DNA of 64,000 nucleotides from Bryobacterales bacterium (GCA_965248105.1 CBDFIK010000006.1:1859761-1923760), one strand, 5' to 3'. Counted from the stretch's first letter, positions 18,948-29,191 are shown. Numbers and translations are program-made. Notes: a model not told the origin generated them from the letters alone.

Positions 18948-21107
18948 TCAATCTCCGCTGCAACCGACCAACGGCTGTTCTTGCGGGTTGGCTGCGGTTT
19001 CTTTTCCATTCGTCGCGCCGAGCTGGACTAATTTCGGAGCGGGCTTTTCTTTGAGCACCTGCTCGCGGTACATCTTGAGCAAGCGGGCCTCCTCTTCGGG
19101 TGAGAGGATCGCGTTCTTGCCGTTGCCATTGCCGTTCCCCTTGCTGACGCCCTGGGAACCGTTGTGGCCGTCGCTCTGTTCCTGTTCCTTTAAGCTGGCG
19201 GCCAGTTTGGTCTTCTCGAGAATCTTCTCGTCGCGGGCATTCTGCGGACCCGCGGACTGCTGAGCCTCGCGGGCTGCGTCCTCGGCATTGACCTGAAGGT
19301 AGCCGGCCGGGGCATCGACCTCGACCGCGCGGCCACCGGCGTAAATCTTGTGCCGGCCGTGCTGGTCGTACCATTTACTCAAAGTAGCAGTCATGTGCAT
19401 TTTCTCAATGATGTTACGCCAGCCGACGCCGGTGTTATAGGCGCAGAAGGAAATCTCGCCCTCCTGAGTGCCGTAGGGAATGATGCACATTTCCGTCCGC
19501 CGGAAGTCGTAGTTGAACAGGTCCTGAAACCACATGCCGGCGACAAACAGGAAGTTCCAGGGATCGTTACGGCGCGCCACACCCTTACCATAGTTCTTGC
19601 CACTCAGCCCAAACGATTTGTCGAACTTCCTGAGCAGCGCCAACAAATCGAAGCTCCTGGGAGCTTTGTAGGGGTCGTAGTTCTTCAGTAGGGCCAAACC
19701 CATCTGCAGGTTGCTGAGCCAAGGCGAGCGTCCCGAGTCTGTCACCTTGCGAATGTCCTGCACGAACTGTGGCACGTTGATGAACTCCGCCACGGGCGCC
19801 ATTTCCTTGGTGTTCTTGTTGATCATCAAGGCGGTCCCTACACCGCAGTTGGGATGACAACCGCAGTTCACCTGTCCCCATTGCGCCTCAGGCCCGTGGG
19901 CAGCATCCGCCGCATCGACGAAGGAAGACATCACTGAAATTGGGAACCAGTCGCGATTGGGCTCGGTGATGCCTAACTGCGATTTGACGTCACGAGCCAG
20001 GTGCGAAAGAGTGTAGCGTTGCCGCAGCCGCCGTTCGTCGGTAATTTCCTCGTCACGCCCCGTAAACGACACCGGCTGGAAAGAGATGAAGGCGATCTTG
20101 CCGGGGTTATTGCGGGCGAAGTCAATGATCGGCCCAACCTCTTCGTTGTTCACGTTGTTGACCAACGTGGTGACCAAGACGACCTCGGTGCCGGCACTGT
20201 GCAGGCTCTCAATGGCCTTCAGCTTGACATCGAAGAGGTTGCCGACCTTGCGGTGCGAGTTAGGGGCATTCCCAATGCCGTCGAACTGCAAATAGGCGTA
20301 ACGCAAGCCGGCGTCGGCCGCTACCTCGGCAAACTTCTTGTTCTTGGCGAATTCAATGCCGTTGGTGGCCGCCTGTACACTGTTGAATCCGATCGAGCGG
20401 GCATAGCGAACCGCCTGGATAAAAAACGGCGACATCGTCGGCTCGCCGCCGGAGAATTGAACCGACAACTGACGGCGAGGTTTGATCTTCAGCGCATTGT
20501 CAAGGACCGTTTTGATCTCGTCCCATTCCAGTTCATGGACGAAGCCGACCTGGTTGGCGTCCATAAAACATGGGTCGCACATCATGTTGCAGCGGTTCGT
20601 CAAATCGACAGTGAGCACAGCGCCGCGACCGAACTTAACGGTACTACTGCCGTGATTGTGAAGATCCCGGTCGTTGTGAGCACGGATATCGCGGCCCGGG
20701 AAATTCGACTCGATGTGCTCGAGGAATTTCGAGTCGATGGCCATCAAATCTTCGATACGGCCGTGCGTGGGGCAGTCCTTGACCATCCAGATCTGCCCGT
20801 CTCGCTCCAGGATGGTGGCCTTGACTTCGCCGACCTTCTTCTCCTTGAGGACCGTGTACGGCACCTCACCGCTGAGGATCTTTTCACGCGCTTCCCTGAC
20901 ACACTTGGGGCACAGGGAGTCGGTTTGCCGGGGCCAGCCCAAGGGCGGCTTACTCTTCTCCCACGACTTGAGCATTGGCTTGTCCGACCAATTCGGCTTG
21001 AATGACGGGTCGGCTTCTATCTTCTGATTAAAGTACTGCAAGCCGCGCCACATACCCGCCGCGACCCTCGTCATGCCCTTCTCTACGTACTTGATTGGCC
21101 TCTGCAT
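18948..21107 (-). CDS. Radical SAM protein of the Tes / GDGT-macrocyclase (MJ0619-like) family
   Basis: TDSLCPKC...KDCPTHG N-terminal metal site, DLTNRCNMMCDPCF CxxxCxxC, QFSGGEPT, AATNG, YLQFDG, ISFQPVSFTGR, CGCHPNCG and CIIPY...SFCAYN auxiliary motifs. Confidence 0.85.
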   Translation of the reverse strand: MQRPIKYVEKGMTRVAAGMWRGLQYFNQKIEADPSFKPNWSDKPMLKSWEKSKPPLGWPRQTDSLCPKCVREAREKILSGEVPYTVLKEKKVGEVKATILERDGQIWMVKDCPTHGRIEDLMAIDSKFLEHIESNFPGRDIRAHNDRDLHNHGSSTVKFGRGAVLTVDLTNRCNMMCDPCFMDANQVGFVHELEWDEIKTVLDNALKIKPRRQLSVQFSGGEPTMSPFFIQAVRYARSIGFNSVQAATNGIEFAKNKKFAEVAADAGLRYAYLQFDGIGNAPNSHRKVGNLFDVKLKAIESLHSAGTEVVLVTTLVNNVNNEEVGPIIDFARNNPGKIAFISFQPVSFTGRDEEITDERRLRQRYTLSHLARDVKSQLGITEPNRDWFPISVMSSFVDAADAAHGPEAQWGQVNCGCHPNCGVGTALMINKNTKEMAPVAEFINVPQFVQDIRKVTDSGRSPWLSNLQMGLALLKNYDPYKAPRSFDLLALLRKFDKSFGLSGKNYGKGVARRNDPWNFLFVAGMWFQDLFNYDFRRTEMCIIPYGTQEGEISFCAYNTGVGWRNIIEKMHMTATLSKWYDQHGRHKIYAGGRAVEVDAPAGYLQVNAEDAAREAQQSAGPQNARDEKILEKTKLAASLKEQEQSDGHNGSQGVSKGNGNGNGKNAILSPEEEARLLKMYREQVLKEKPAPKLVQLGATNGKETAANPQEQPLVGCSGD

Positions 21108-21584
21108 TCGAAACTATCTCCTCGATCGAGTCGTTTCTGGAAGACCGGCAATTGCGCCCCACATGCTTGTGAACACACTCCTCGCTCGGCGACAGGGTGC
21201 ACTCGGCCTTCCCGATAGCTTACGCAACATCGCTTAGGACTGCCTACCAGAAATCGCTGAACGGGTCTAATCGTAACCTGGATGGTAGTTTTCTCGGTTA
21301 AACGGACGTTGCAGTTCTTGCAAGTATAGGAAAACATTACCTGATAGAGTGCTTTCCTTACGGCAATCATCGAGCCGATTCGAGGAAGCTGAAAACCGCG
21401 CGATGATCTCCGAACCCAATATGCCGCCCGTTGGGAAGCTGTTCTCAGAACTATAGTCCTTCCGTGCAAACCATGTGTGATCTGTCTTACCTTCGCTCGC
21501 CCCGGGTGAGATGTCGTAACGGAACCCTCGGCCTTTCGGCGGTAAATTCGTTGTGTTCAGGAGAGGAGAGGGTGTACCATGTAG

Positions 21585-21791
21585 CAGCCGAAGGTCCAAA
21601 TCGGAAATTCCGGCTGGTTGCAAAAGGCAGCGGAACAGGACTCGGCGCACGCTCAGTACAATTTAGCGCTGAAGTATGCACGAGGGCAAGGGGTGCCGAA
21701 GGATTACGTCCTTGCCTACGTTTGGTCAAAAAATGTAGTATCCAAAGGCACAACTGAAATTGCTGATAACGCGTCAGCAGAGGCGGTTTAA
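21585..21791 (+). pseudogene. Sel1-like repeat gene remnant
   Basis: Manual translation includes WLQKAAEQDSAHAQYNLALKYARGQGVPKDYVLAYVW; the in-frame ATG at 21579 is followed immediately by TAG. Confidence 0.55.
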
Positions 21792-21909
21792 TCCGACTGG
21801 AACGGCGCTGCGTGAGTTGCCAGAGTATCGGACTTGCTCCAAGCTCCACCCGACAGGCCCCTCTGCTGGGGCAAATCCATTCCATAGATTTGGATAAAAG
21901 GAGGTAGCA

Positions 21910-22767
21910 ATGCCAAAGTACTCTAGGACGTCTGGAGAATTTGGGGATTTTGGAATTCCGCAAGGGCTGGGTAAAAAGATCGCAGTTATCGGGGTCGTGA
22001 TTGCCTGCCTCATTGTAGTAATGGGAAGCACCGGGATAGTCGGCGCAGGACAACGAGGCGTCTTGCTGCAATTTGGAGCCCCGACCGGGGCGGTCAAACC
22101 TGAAGGTCTCTATTTCAAGATTCCTTTCGCTGAGGAGGTAATTCTGATGTCAACCCAGCTTCAGAAATACACCGCTTCTACCGGCTCTTCCAGCAAGGAC
22201 TTGCAACTGGTTACCACACAAGTCACCTTGAACTACCAGTTGAATGCCGGCAGCGTGCCGGAAATTTATCGCACAATGCGGCAGGATTATGAAAACCGGG
22301 TCATTGAGCCGTACATGCAGGAAGCGGTCAAATCTACCACGGCCGATTTCAACGCCGAGCAGTTGATCACACAGAGGCCAACGGTTAAAGACGAACTTCA
22401 AAACTTGATGACGGAAAGGTTAGCTCCCCTTGGTATCGGAGTTATAGAACTCTCCATCACGGACTTTCAGTTCTCGGTAACCTTCCAGCAGTCCATCGAG
22501 GCAAAGGTGAAAGCGGTCCAACAGGCTCTGGAGGCAGAGAACGCCTTGAAACGGGTGGAATTTGAAGCGCAACAGGCAATCACCAGAGCCGAAGCTGAAG
22601 CCAAGGGACTGGAACTCCAAAAAGCACAGATAACGGAGCAGTTACTGGCCTTGCGGCGAATCGAGGTTCAGGGACGCGCTATAGAGAAATGGAATGGGGT
22701 GATGCCCACAGTGGTCACCAGCGGGGGACCAGTGCCAATGTTGGACGTGTTTAGCACACGCAAGTAA
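21910..22767 (+). CDS. SPFH/band-7 (prohibitin-like) membrane protein
   Basis: GGAGG RBS; single TM helix, GQRGVLLQFG, EGLYFKIPF, SKDLQ, coiled-coil AQQA...AEAEA. Confidence 0.9.
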   Translation: MPKYSRTSGEFGDFGIPQGLGKKIAVIGVVIACLIVVMGSTGIVGAGQRGVLLQFGAPTGAVKPEGLYFKIPFAEEVILMSTQLQKYTASTGSSSKDLQLVTTQVTLNYQLNAGSVPEIYRTMRQDYENRVIEPYMQEAVKSTTADFNAEQLITQRPTVKDELQNLMTERLAPLGIGVIELSITDFQFSVTFQQSIEAKVKAVQQALEAENALKRVEFEAQQAITRAEAEAKGLELQKAQITEQLLALRRIEVQGRAIEKWNGVMPTVVTSGGPVPMLDVFSTRK

Positions 22768-23011
22768 AGCAACGGTTGCTCATCCGGCCCGACACGCACG
22801 TGCAGTCGCGGAAATGTAATCGTGTGCGGAGACAATCCTTTGCTGTTCGGCGAAACGAGCTAAAGCAGCGAATGATCCACTGCCCAGCTTCCGGCTCGGC
22901 CGGAGCGGTCAGGGCGCGGCGGAAGATCCGGTCGAGTCAGTCGGAATCCCACGACGGGCGCTTTATGGAAACACACCGGTTGCGTGGAGCAGCGGCGGGG
23001 AGGGGAACGGA

Positions 23012-24004
23012 ATGAGTCGACCCGTAACATTGGTGACCGGGCAGTGGGCGGACTTGCCTCTCACAGTGCTGGCCGAGAAAGCGGCGAGTTGGGGGTACGA
23101 CGGGCTCGAGCTGGCCTGTTGGGGAGACCATTTGAACGTCCGCCGGGGTGCCAGGGACCGTCGCTATTGCGAGAAACAGAAGGGAATTCTGGAAGAGCAC
23201 AACTTGCAAGTGTTCGCCATCGGTGCACACCTGATAGGCCAGTTGGTCTGCGATCCCAACAACGATGTCCGTTCGGATGCGCTGGTTCCGGCCGATTGCA
23301 GGGGCAAAGCCGGCAAGAAGCGCGCCTGGGCGGTAGAAACGATGAAAGCGGCGGCGAGGGCCGCCAAGAAACTGGGCATCGATGTAGTAACGGGCTTTAC
23401 GGGCTCCTCCATTTGGCATCTCGTCTACGATTTCCCTCCCACACCGCCCGAGATGATCGACAGGGGTTACGAATACTTCGCCAAGATGTGGAACCCGATC
23501 CTCGACGTCTTCGATCAGTGCGGCGTGCGCTTCGCGCTGGAACCTCACCCGACCGAAATCGCGTACGACATTGAGACGGCTCACCGGGCTCTCGAAGCAG
23601 TCAACCACCGGGAGACGTTCGGCTTCAACTTCGATCCCAGCCACTTACAGTGGCAGATGGTCGACCCGGTCGAGTTCCTGACGGAGTTCAAGGACCGCAT
23701 CTACCACGTCCACATGAAAGACGCCGTGGTGCGGCTCAACGGCCGCACCAGCATCCTGAATTCGCACCTGCCCTGGGGACATCGAAAACGCGGCTGGGAC
23801 TTCCGCTCGCTGGGGCACGGGGACGTCAATTTCGAGGAAATCATCCGCGAGCTCAACGACATCGGCTACGAGGGTCCGCTGTCGGTCGAATGGGAAGACA
23901 CCGGGATGGACCGCGAACACGGTGCTCAAGAAGCGTGCGAGTTTGTAAGGAACGTCGACTTCCAGGCTTCCCGGGTCGAGTTCGACGCGGCCTTTGGGGA
24001 GTAG
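23012..24004 (+). CDS. Sugar phosphate isomerase/epimerase (xylose-isomerase-like TIM barrel)
   Basis: YDGLELACWGDH, FALEPHP, FNFDPSH, YHVHMKD, LSVEWED metal ligands. Confidence 0.88.
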   Translation: MSRPVTLVTGQWADLPLTVLAEKAASWGYDGLELACWGDHLNVRRGARDRRYCEKQKGILEEHNLQVFAIGAHLIGQLVCDPNNDVRSDALVPADCRGKAGKKRAWAVETMKAAARAAKKLGIDVVTGFTGSSIWHLVYDFPPTPPEMIDRGYEYFAKMWNPILDVFDQCGVRFALEPHPTEIAYDIETAHRALEAVNHRETFGFNFDPSHLQWQMVDPVEFLTEFKDRIYHVHMKDAVVRLNGRTSILNSHLPWGHRKRGWDFRSLGHGDVNFEEIIRELNDIGYEGPLSVEWEDTGMDREHGAQEACEFVRNVDFQASRVEFDAAFGE

Positions 24005-24112
24005 GCAAAGCTCGACATCAGTAAGAGAGCGGAGACCGACGAAGGAAGTTGGTTCGTGGAGGTCTCCGTCAGTCAGCCCGGGCGCACTGAACCGATCACG
24101 GCCGCACCCTGT

Positions 24113-24574
24113 TCAGCGATACACGCGGACAATCCACTCCGCCGCCAAGCAGGGCTTCGTTGACCCGTCGACCTCCACGTTGACCTTCCACGTGATTTGA
24201 AGACCGCCGTCGAAATCGCTGACTGACTGCAATCCAAAATGGGCCCGGATCCTCGATCCGACCGGAACAGGCGCGGGAAAACGCACACGGTTGAGACCGT
24301 AGTTGATCTTCATTTCGGAACCCGTCGGCATCTCCACCGCCTGGTGCCAAAAGCTCGACAGGAGGGAAAGCGTCAGGAACCCATGTGCAACCGTCCTGTT
24401 GTAAGGCGAATCCGCTTTGGCGCGCTGGGAATCAATGTGAATCCACTGGTGGTCGTCCGTGGCGTCGGCGAAGGCGTTGATGCGCTCCTGCGTCACTTCG
24501 ACCCATTTGCTCACGCCGGCCTCCTGGCCGACCATTTGCCTCAGTTGGTCGAAACTTTCAATAACACGCGCCAT
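24113..24574 (-). CDS. MaoC-family (hot-dog) dehydratase
   Basis: INAFADATDDHQWIHID, TVAHGFLTLSL, NYGLNRVRFPAPV. Confidence 0.9.
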   Translation of the reverse strand: MARVIESFDQLRQMVGQEAGVSKWVEVTQERINAFADATDDHQWIHIDSQRAKADSPYNRTVAHGFLTLSLLSSFWHQAVEMPTGSEMKINYGLNRVRFPAPVPVGSRIRAHFGLQSVSDFDGGLQITWKVNVEVDGSTKPCLAAEWIVRVYR

Positions 24575-24725
24575 GGCAGCCCCCTCTTCCCAAAGTCAGC
24601 CATTAAGCAGAGCTAACCTGACTTAGTGCTTGGTTGCAAAAGTTCGCGTTATTTGAAAAGCCCTTTCCCGAAGGACCATACGATCGTCCGTCTGGCCCGG
24701 AAGTGGTTTGTTTGCAGAGTCTTCC

Positions 24726-24750
24726 GAGCCGCGACCGTGAGGGAGCGGTC
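24726..24750 (+). repeat. REP-like family A copy (GAGCCGCGACCGTGAGGGAGCGGTC)
   Basis: Similar to 33951-33975 (GAGCCGCGAGTGTGAGCGAGCGGTC). Confidence 0.65.
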
Positions 24751-25093
24751 CAGGGATTGTCCGCCTATAACCTATCCTGAATTTATGCAACCAAGCATTA
24801 GCCCGCTTCAAAGAAAGTTGACGATGCGATGAAGGACTCCGAAGAGGTTACCAGCTTCTGACCATCCTTCGCCCTGATTGGCCATACAAGCCGCGCCCTA
24901 ATCACGACCGAAACGTGGTGACCCCTCCCGAGCCGACCGCAAGTTTCCCGAAAGGGTAGCTGAGCGCCGTTCGCTGCGATACCCTTGAGAAACGGGCGGT
25001 CGCGTTGGCGGCTGGACGTAGTGGTAACCCCGATCGGGCGCATCGAGCGGCGAGCAACCGCGAAGACCCGGCGGTGAAGCTTTCCTGAAGAAG

Positions 25094-26026
25094 TTGGCGG
25101 ATTCCAATCCAATCATTCGCGTCCGTAGCCTCACGAAGAGTTACGGCTCCCTCGAAGCGGTCAGAGGCATCGACTTCGAAGTCCGCGCGGGCGAGGTATT
25201 TGGACTTCTAGGTCCGAATGGCGCCGGCAAGACGACGACGGTCGAGATCCTGGAGGGGCTGCGGCCACGTACTTCCGGGGAGGTTGCCGTTCTGGGATTC
25301 GATCCCGCCACACAGAGTGCCCAACTCAAGGACCAAATTGGTGTTTGCCTACAATCCACCAACTTGCCTGACAAGATCCAAGTAGTTGAAGCGATGGAGC
25401 TGTTCGCGAGCTTCCACAGCCGGAGCCTGGATATCGCGGAGCTGCTGGGAAGGCTGCAACTTTGGGAACGGCGCCGTCAGTACTACTCAACTCTTTCCGG
25501 CGGACAGAAACAGCGACTCGTGTTAGCCATGGCCCTGCTTAACGACCCCCAGGTTCTTTTTCTCGACGAGCCGACTGCGGGCCTCGATCCGCAAGCGCGC
25601 CGCGAAATCCACGGTCTCATTTCAAAACTGCGAAGAGAAAAGCGGACGATCTTACTCACTACCCATTACATCGAGGAAGCCGAGAAGCTGTGTGATCAAG
25701 TTGCCATCATCGACGACGGTAAGATCATCTCGACCGGCACCCCTCAGGAAATCCAGAACCGCACGCTGGGCCACAGCGTCATTGAGATCCGTTGCGAGAC
25801 ACCTTTGCCCGACGGGGACCTCCCTCACTGGCCCGACTCAGACGCCGCCTCGTTCAATGAAGATCGAACTCATCTTTCGGTGGCCACCGACCATCCGGCT
25901 CGGACTTTGGTCGAAATCGTGCGCTGGATTGACCAACACGGTGTTGATTTGGCGGATGTTCGCTTGAAGAGACCCTCACTGGAAGACGTCTTCATCGAGT
26001 TGACGGGAAGGAGCCTGCGGGAGTGA
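25094..26026 (+). CDS. ABC exporter ATP-binding protein
   Basis: GPNGAGKTT, LSGGQKQR, LFLDEPTAGLD, LLTTHY. Confidence 0.93.
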   Translation: MADSNPIIRVRSLTKSYGSLEAVRGIDFEVRAGEVFGLLGPNGAGKTTTVEILEGLRPRTSGEVAVLGFDPATQSAQLKDQIGVCLQSTNLPDKIQVVEAMELFASFHSRSLDIAELLGRLQLWERRRQYYSTLSGGQKQRLVLAMALLNDPQVLFLDEPTAGLDPQARREIHGLISKLRREKRTILLTTHYIEEAEKLCDQVAIIDDGKIISTGTPQEIQNRTLGHSVIEIRCETPLPDGDLPHWPDSDAASFNEDRTHLSVATDHPARTLVEIVRWIDQHGVDLADVRLKRPSLEDVFIELTGRSLRE

Positions 26027-28224
26027 AACCCTATTTGGCTCTCATCAAGATCGACCTCAAGCTCGCCTACCGTCAACCGGTTGTGATCTTTTTCACCTAC
26101 CTCTTTCCACTGCTGTTTTTCTTTGGGTTCGCGGAGCTACTACGCGTCAAGCAGGGCGGCACGATCTCTTACGTCGTCAGTATGGTTCTGGTGCTGGGGA
26201 TCCTTGGCAACGGTCTTTTCGGCGCCGGCATGCGAACGGTTCAGGAGCGAGACAACAACATCCTGCGGCGCTTTCGGGTGGCGCCCATCACTCCGACTCC
26301 CCTGTTGGTGGCGTCGACGTTTACCGGTTGGCTTATTTACATGCCGGCTGTGTTGTTGATCTTGTTGCTGGCCCACTTTATTTACGAGATGCCGGCTCCC
26401 GACAGCACGATGTCGCTGCTGGTTCTCGTCTCGTTGGGCGTGATGTCATTCCGAGCTATCGGGTTGATTGTGGCGTCGGTCGTCAACTCGATGCAAGAGA
26501 GCAATATCTTCATCAATCTGCTCTACCTTCCGATGCTCTTGCTGAGCGGAGCGACTTTCCCGATCACACTCCTGCCCGAAGTCGTGCAGTATATCGCGCA
26601 GTTTGTACCTGCGTCGTATCTGGTGAGCGGTTTCCAAGGGATTTTCTTGCGCGGCGAGTCTCTTCGGGACATTTGGGCTTCCGCGGCCGCCTTAGCGATT
26701 ACGCTCGTGGTCGGTTTGTTTCTCTCGCGACAGCTGTTCCGCTGGGATAAGGAAGAGAAGATTCGTCAGGCCGCGAAGCTGTGGGTGTTGGCCGTGCTGG
26801 CCCCATTTTTCTTACTGGGGAGCTACCACATCTACAGCCGCGAACACATAAAGAAAGCCGAGGCGTTGTGGCGCAGCCTGCAGCGCTCTGAAAAGCTGCT
26901 CATCCGCGACGCGCGCATTTTTACGGGCGATGGCCGAGTCATTGAATCCGGATCCGTGCTCATCGAAAACGGCAAGATCGGCCGGGTGTACGAGGACGAG
27001 ACTCCCGACCTAGAGCACCTCAACGCTATGGTCATTGAAGCGTCCGGGAAAACGTTGCTGCCCGGGCTGATCGACATGCACGTTCACCTCGCAGCGCCGG
27101 GGGGTTCCTACTCCGAGCCGCCGCGGACAGCGTCGCCTGAAAAAGCAATGGGGCGCGCCCTGGCTTCCTACCTTTATTGTGGGATCACCGCTGTCAAAAG
27201 CGTCGGCGATCCGCTCGGCATGTCCCTCAGCTTGCGTGAGGAAGTCAGTCGCGCCGAGCGTCTAGGGGCGCAGTTGTTCGCCTGCGGACCTCTCTTCACG
27301 ACTCCCGGCGGTCACGGAACCGAGTACCTCAAAGAGCTCCCGGACCCCTGGCGCGACATCGCCGAGAAAGAACTGTTGCGGCTGCCCGGGGATCCGGAGG
27401 AGGCGCGCCGGCAGGTGCGTGAGCTAAAGCGGGCAGGGGCAAACGGAATCAAAGCGGTCCTCGAGACCGGGCAAGCCGGGATGCTGTTCGAGCGAATGGA
27501 CATCACGGTGTTGCGAGCGATCGCTGAGCAGGCCCGGACCGAAGAGCTGCCACTGGTTGTCCACACGGGCAGCGCGGCAGATATCTCGGACGCTCTCGAC
27601 GCCGGAGCTGAAGGCATAGAGCACGGAACCTACCGGGAAACGATTCCCGACGAGTTGCTTGCCCGCATGGCCGAGCACCGTACGGCGTACTCTCCGACGC
27701 TGAGCGTGATTGAGGCTCTTTCCGAGCTTGCTGCGGGAAGCGGCCGGCTCTTGGGCCGCACGCTGGTGCAACAAGTCGGTCCCCGCGGCCTGCTCGACGG
27801 CACGCGAGAAGGTTTGTTGCGAGGAGGGCTGCCGGAGCGGGTTGCGCGCGTCGAGAATTGGGCTCGGGCGCTCGATCTGGCGAAGGAAAACCTGCGACGG
27901 GCCTACGAGGCCGGCGTTCCGCTGGTCGCGGGCTCCGATGCCGGAAATCCTCTTGTGATCCACGGGCCGACCGTCCACCGCGAACTCCAGCTTTGGGTCG
28001 AAGCCGGCATCCCGCCTCACGTCGCCCTGCAAGCGGCGACCCATAACGCCGCCATCTTGCTGCGGGCCGAGAACCGGATCGGTTCCATTCGACCCGGCAA
28101 CGATGCCGACTTGCTACTGGTTAACGGCAATCCCCTCGACGACATCAGCGCTACTGAGCGGATCTCTCTCGTGGTCTTCAAAGGCGAGCGCATCAAACGG
28201 TCAGCTTTGTTTCAACAAAAATAG
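26023..28224 (+). CDS. ABC-2 permease fused to a metal-dependent amidohydrolase
   Basis: About 270-aa multi-TM ABC-2 domain (RERDNNILRRF, LLSGATFP), then LPGLIDMHVH, GIK, VVH, IEHG, AGSDAG, GSIRPGNDADLLLV in one continuous frame. Confidence 0.88.
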   Translation: MKPYLALIKIDLKLAYRQPVVIFFTYLFPLLFFFGFAELLRVKQGGTISYVVSMVLVLGILGNGLFGAGMRTVQERDNNILRRFRVAPITPTPLLVASTFTGWLIYMPAVLLILLLAHFIYEMPAPDSTMSLLVLVSLGVMSFRAIGLIVASVVNSMQESNIFINLLYLPMLLLSGATFPITLLPEVVQYIAQFVPASYLVSGFQGIFLRGESLRDIWASAAALAITLVVGLFLSRQLFRWDKEEKIRQAAKLWVLAVLAPFFLLGSYHIYSREHIKKAEALWRSLQRSEKLLIRDARIFTGDGRVIESGSVLIENGKIGRVYEDETPDLEHLNAMVIEASGKTLLPGLIDMHVHLAAPGGSYSEPPRTASPEKAMGRALASYLYCGITAVKSVGDPLGMSLSLREEVSRAERLGAQLFACGPLFTTPGGHGTEYLKELPDPWRDIAEKELLRLPGDPEEARRQVRELKRAGANGIKAVLETGQAGMLFERMDITVLRAIAEQARTEELPLVVHTGSAADISDALDAGAEGIEHGTYRETIPDELLARMAEHRTAYSPTLSVIEALSELAAGSGRLLGRTLVQQVGPRGLLDGTREGLLRGGLPERVARVENWARALDLAKENLRRAYEAGVPLVAGSDAGNPLVIHGPTVHRELQLWVEAGIPPHVALQAATHNAAILLRAENRIGSIRPGNDADLLLVNGNPLDDISATERISLVVFKGERIKRSALFQQK

Positions 28225-28282
28225 TGGACTGTCCTGGAGACGAGTTCGCTGTCGGTTCGGAAATGTCTGGCTCGAAAGCGAC

Positions 28283-28327
28283 GTGGCGCACGCTTTCAGC
28301 GTGCTGTGCCGGCGTTCTTGCCGGCAT
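28283..28327 (+). repeat. Double-hairpin REP-like family B copy
   Basis: GTGGCGCACGC-TTTCA-GCGTGC followed by TGCCGGC-GTTCTT-GCCGGCA; related to 55674-55720 and 55858-55903. Confidence 0.7.
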
Positions 28328-28479
28328 CCCACCGCCCAGCAAGCGGGCCTGCGCACCAACGAGACATGTCGCCACGAATGATCAGAAAGTCTTGTCTGGG
28401 ACAGTCTACTCTAGGCGGAAGTCTGTACCACCGTCCAGGGCCAACACCGGTTTGAAAACGCGCGGTAAGAATACCTAGA

Positions 28480-29142
28480 GTGGAAGACTTTCAAACCGTC
28501 GTTTTCGATTTCGACTACACCCTCGCTGACTCTTCGCGCGCTGTCGTCGAGTGTGCGAACGCGGCTCTCACGGGCATGGGGTTGCCGCCCTCCTCTGACC
28601 GTGCGATCCGAAGAACGATCGGGTTGTCGCTTCCTGACACTCTTGTCCGTCTCGCCGGAGAGCAGCATCGCAACAGAACGGACGAGTTCCGCCGCCTATG
28701 GCGCGCAAAATCCGTGCACGTGATGGTCGACTGGACAACGCTGCTCCCTGGAGTGGATGTAGCGATCGAAGCCTTAAAGAATCACGGACTGAGTCTCGGT
28801 ATTGTCTCGACAAAGTTTCATTCCCCGATTCAAGCAGTGCTGGGGAGGGAGAATCTACTCGGCAAGTTCGACGCAATCATCGGTGGCGATGACGTAAAGC
28901 AGTTCAAACCGGACCCGGAGGGGTTGCTGCTTGCGATCAGTCAGCTTGGCGCTGAGGCCGGCCACACGCTCTACGTCGGCGACAACCTGACCGACGCCGA
29001 AACAGCACGCCGGGCAGGGGTTCCGTTCTTGGCCGTTCTCTCGGGTGTGACAAGTCGGGACGAATTCGGCGGCTACTCGGTGCTGGCGTTTCTCGAAAAC
29101 GTCGCTCAGTTACCGAGCTTCCTGGCTGGCGAGGTTGCCTGA
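28480..29142 (+). CDS. HAD-superfamily phosphatase (phosphoglycolate phosphatase-like)
   Basis: FDFDYTL motif I, IVSTK, FKPDPEG, YVGDNLTD. Confidence 0.88.
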   Translation: MEDFQTVVFDFDYTLADSSRAVVECANAALTGMGLPPSSDRAIRRTIGLSLPDTLVRLAGEQHRNRTDEFRRLWRAKSVHVMVDWTTLLPGVDVAIEALKNHGLSLGIVSTKFHSPIQAVLGRENLLGKFDAIIGGDDVKQFKPDPEGLLLAISQLGAEAGHTLYVGDNLTDAETARRAGVPFLAVLSGVTSRDEFGGYSVLAFLENVAQLPSFLAGEVA

Positions 29143-29156
29143 AACCTAGCCGCGCC

Positions 29157-29180
29157 GGGCACTACATTTCGTGCCCCTAC
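29157..29180 (+). repeat. Degenerate GTAG-type REP (family C)
   Basis: GGGCACTACATTTCGTGCCCCTAC resembles GGGCACGGCATGCCGTGCCCCTAC at 54408-54431. Confidence 0.5.
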
Positions 29181-29191
29181 GACATTAACTG

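Noticed and set aside
21083-21469. ORF with a CKNC motif upstream of the Tes-like gene (possible zinc ribbon)
   Set aside because: No RBS, no second Cys pair at a plausible spacing, and it overlaps the radical SAM start; more likely promoter/leader DNA.
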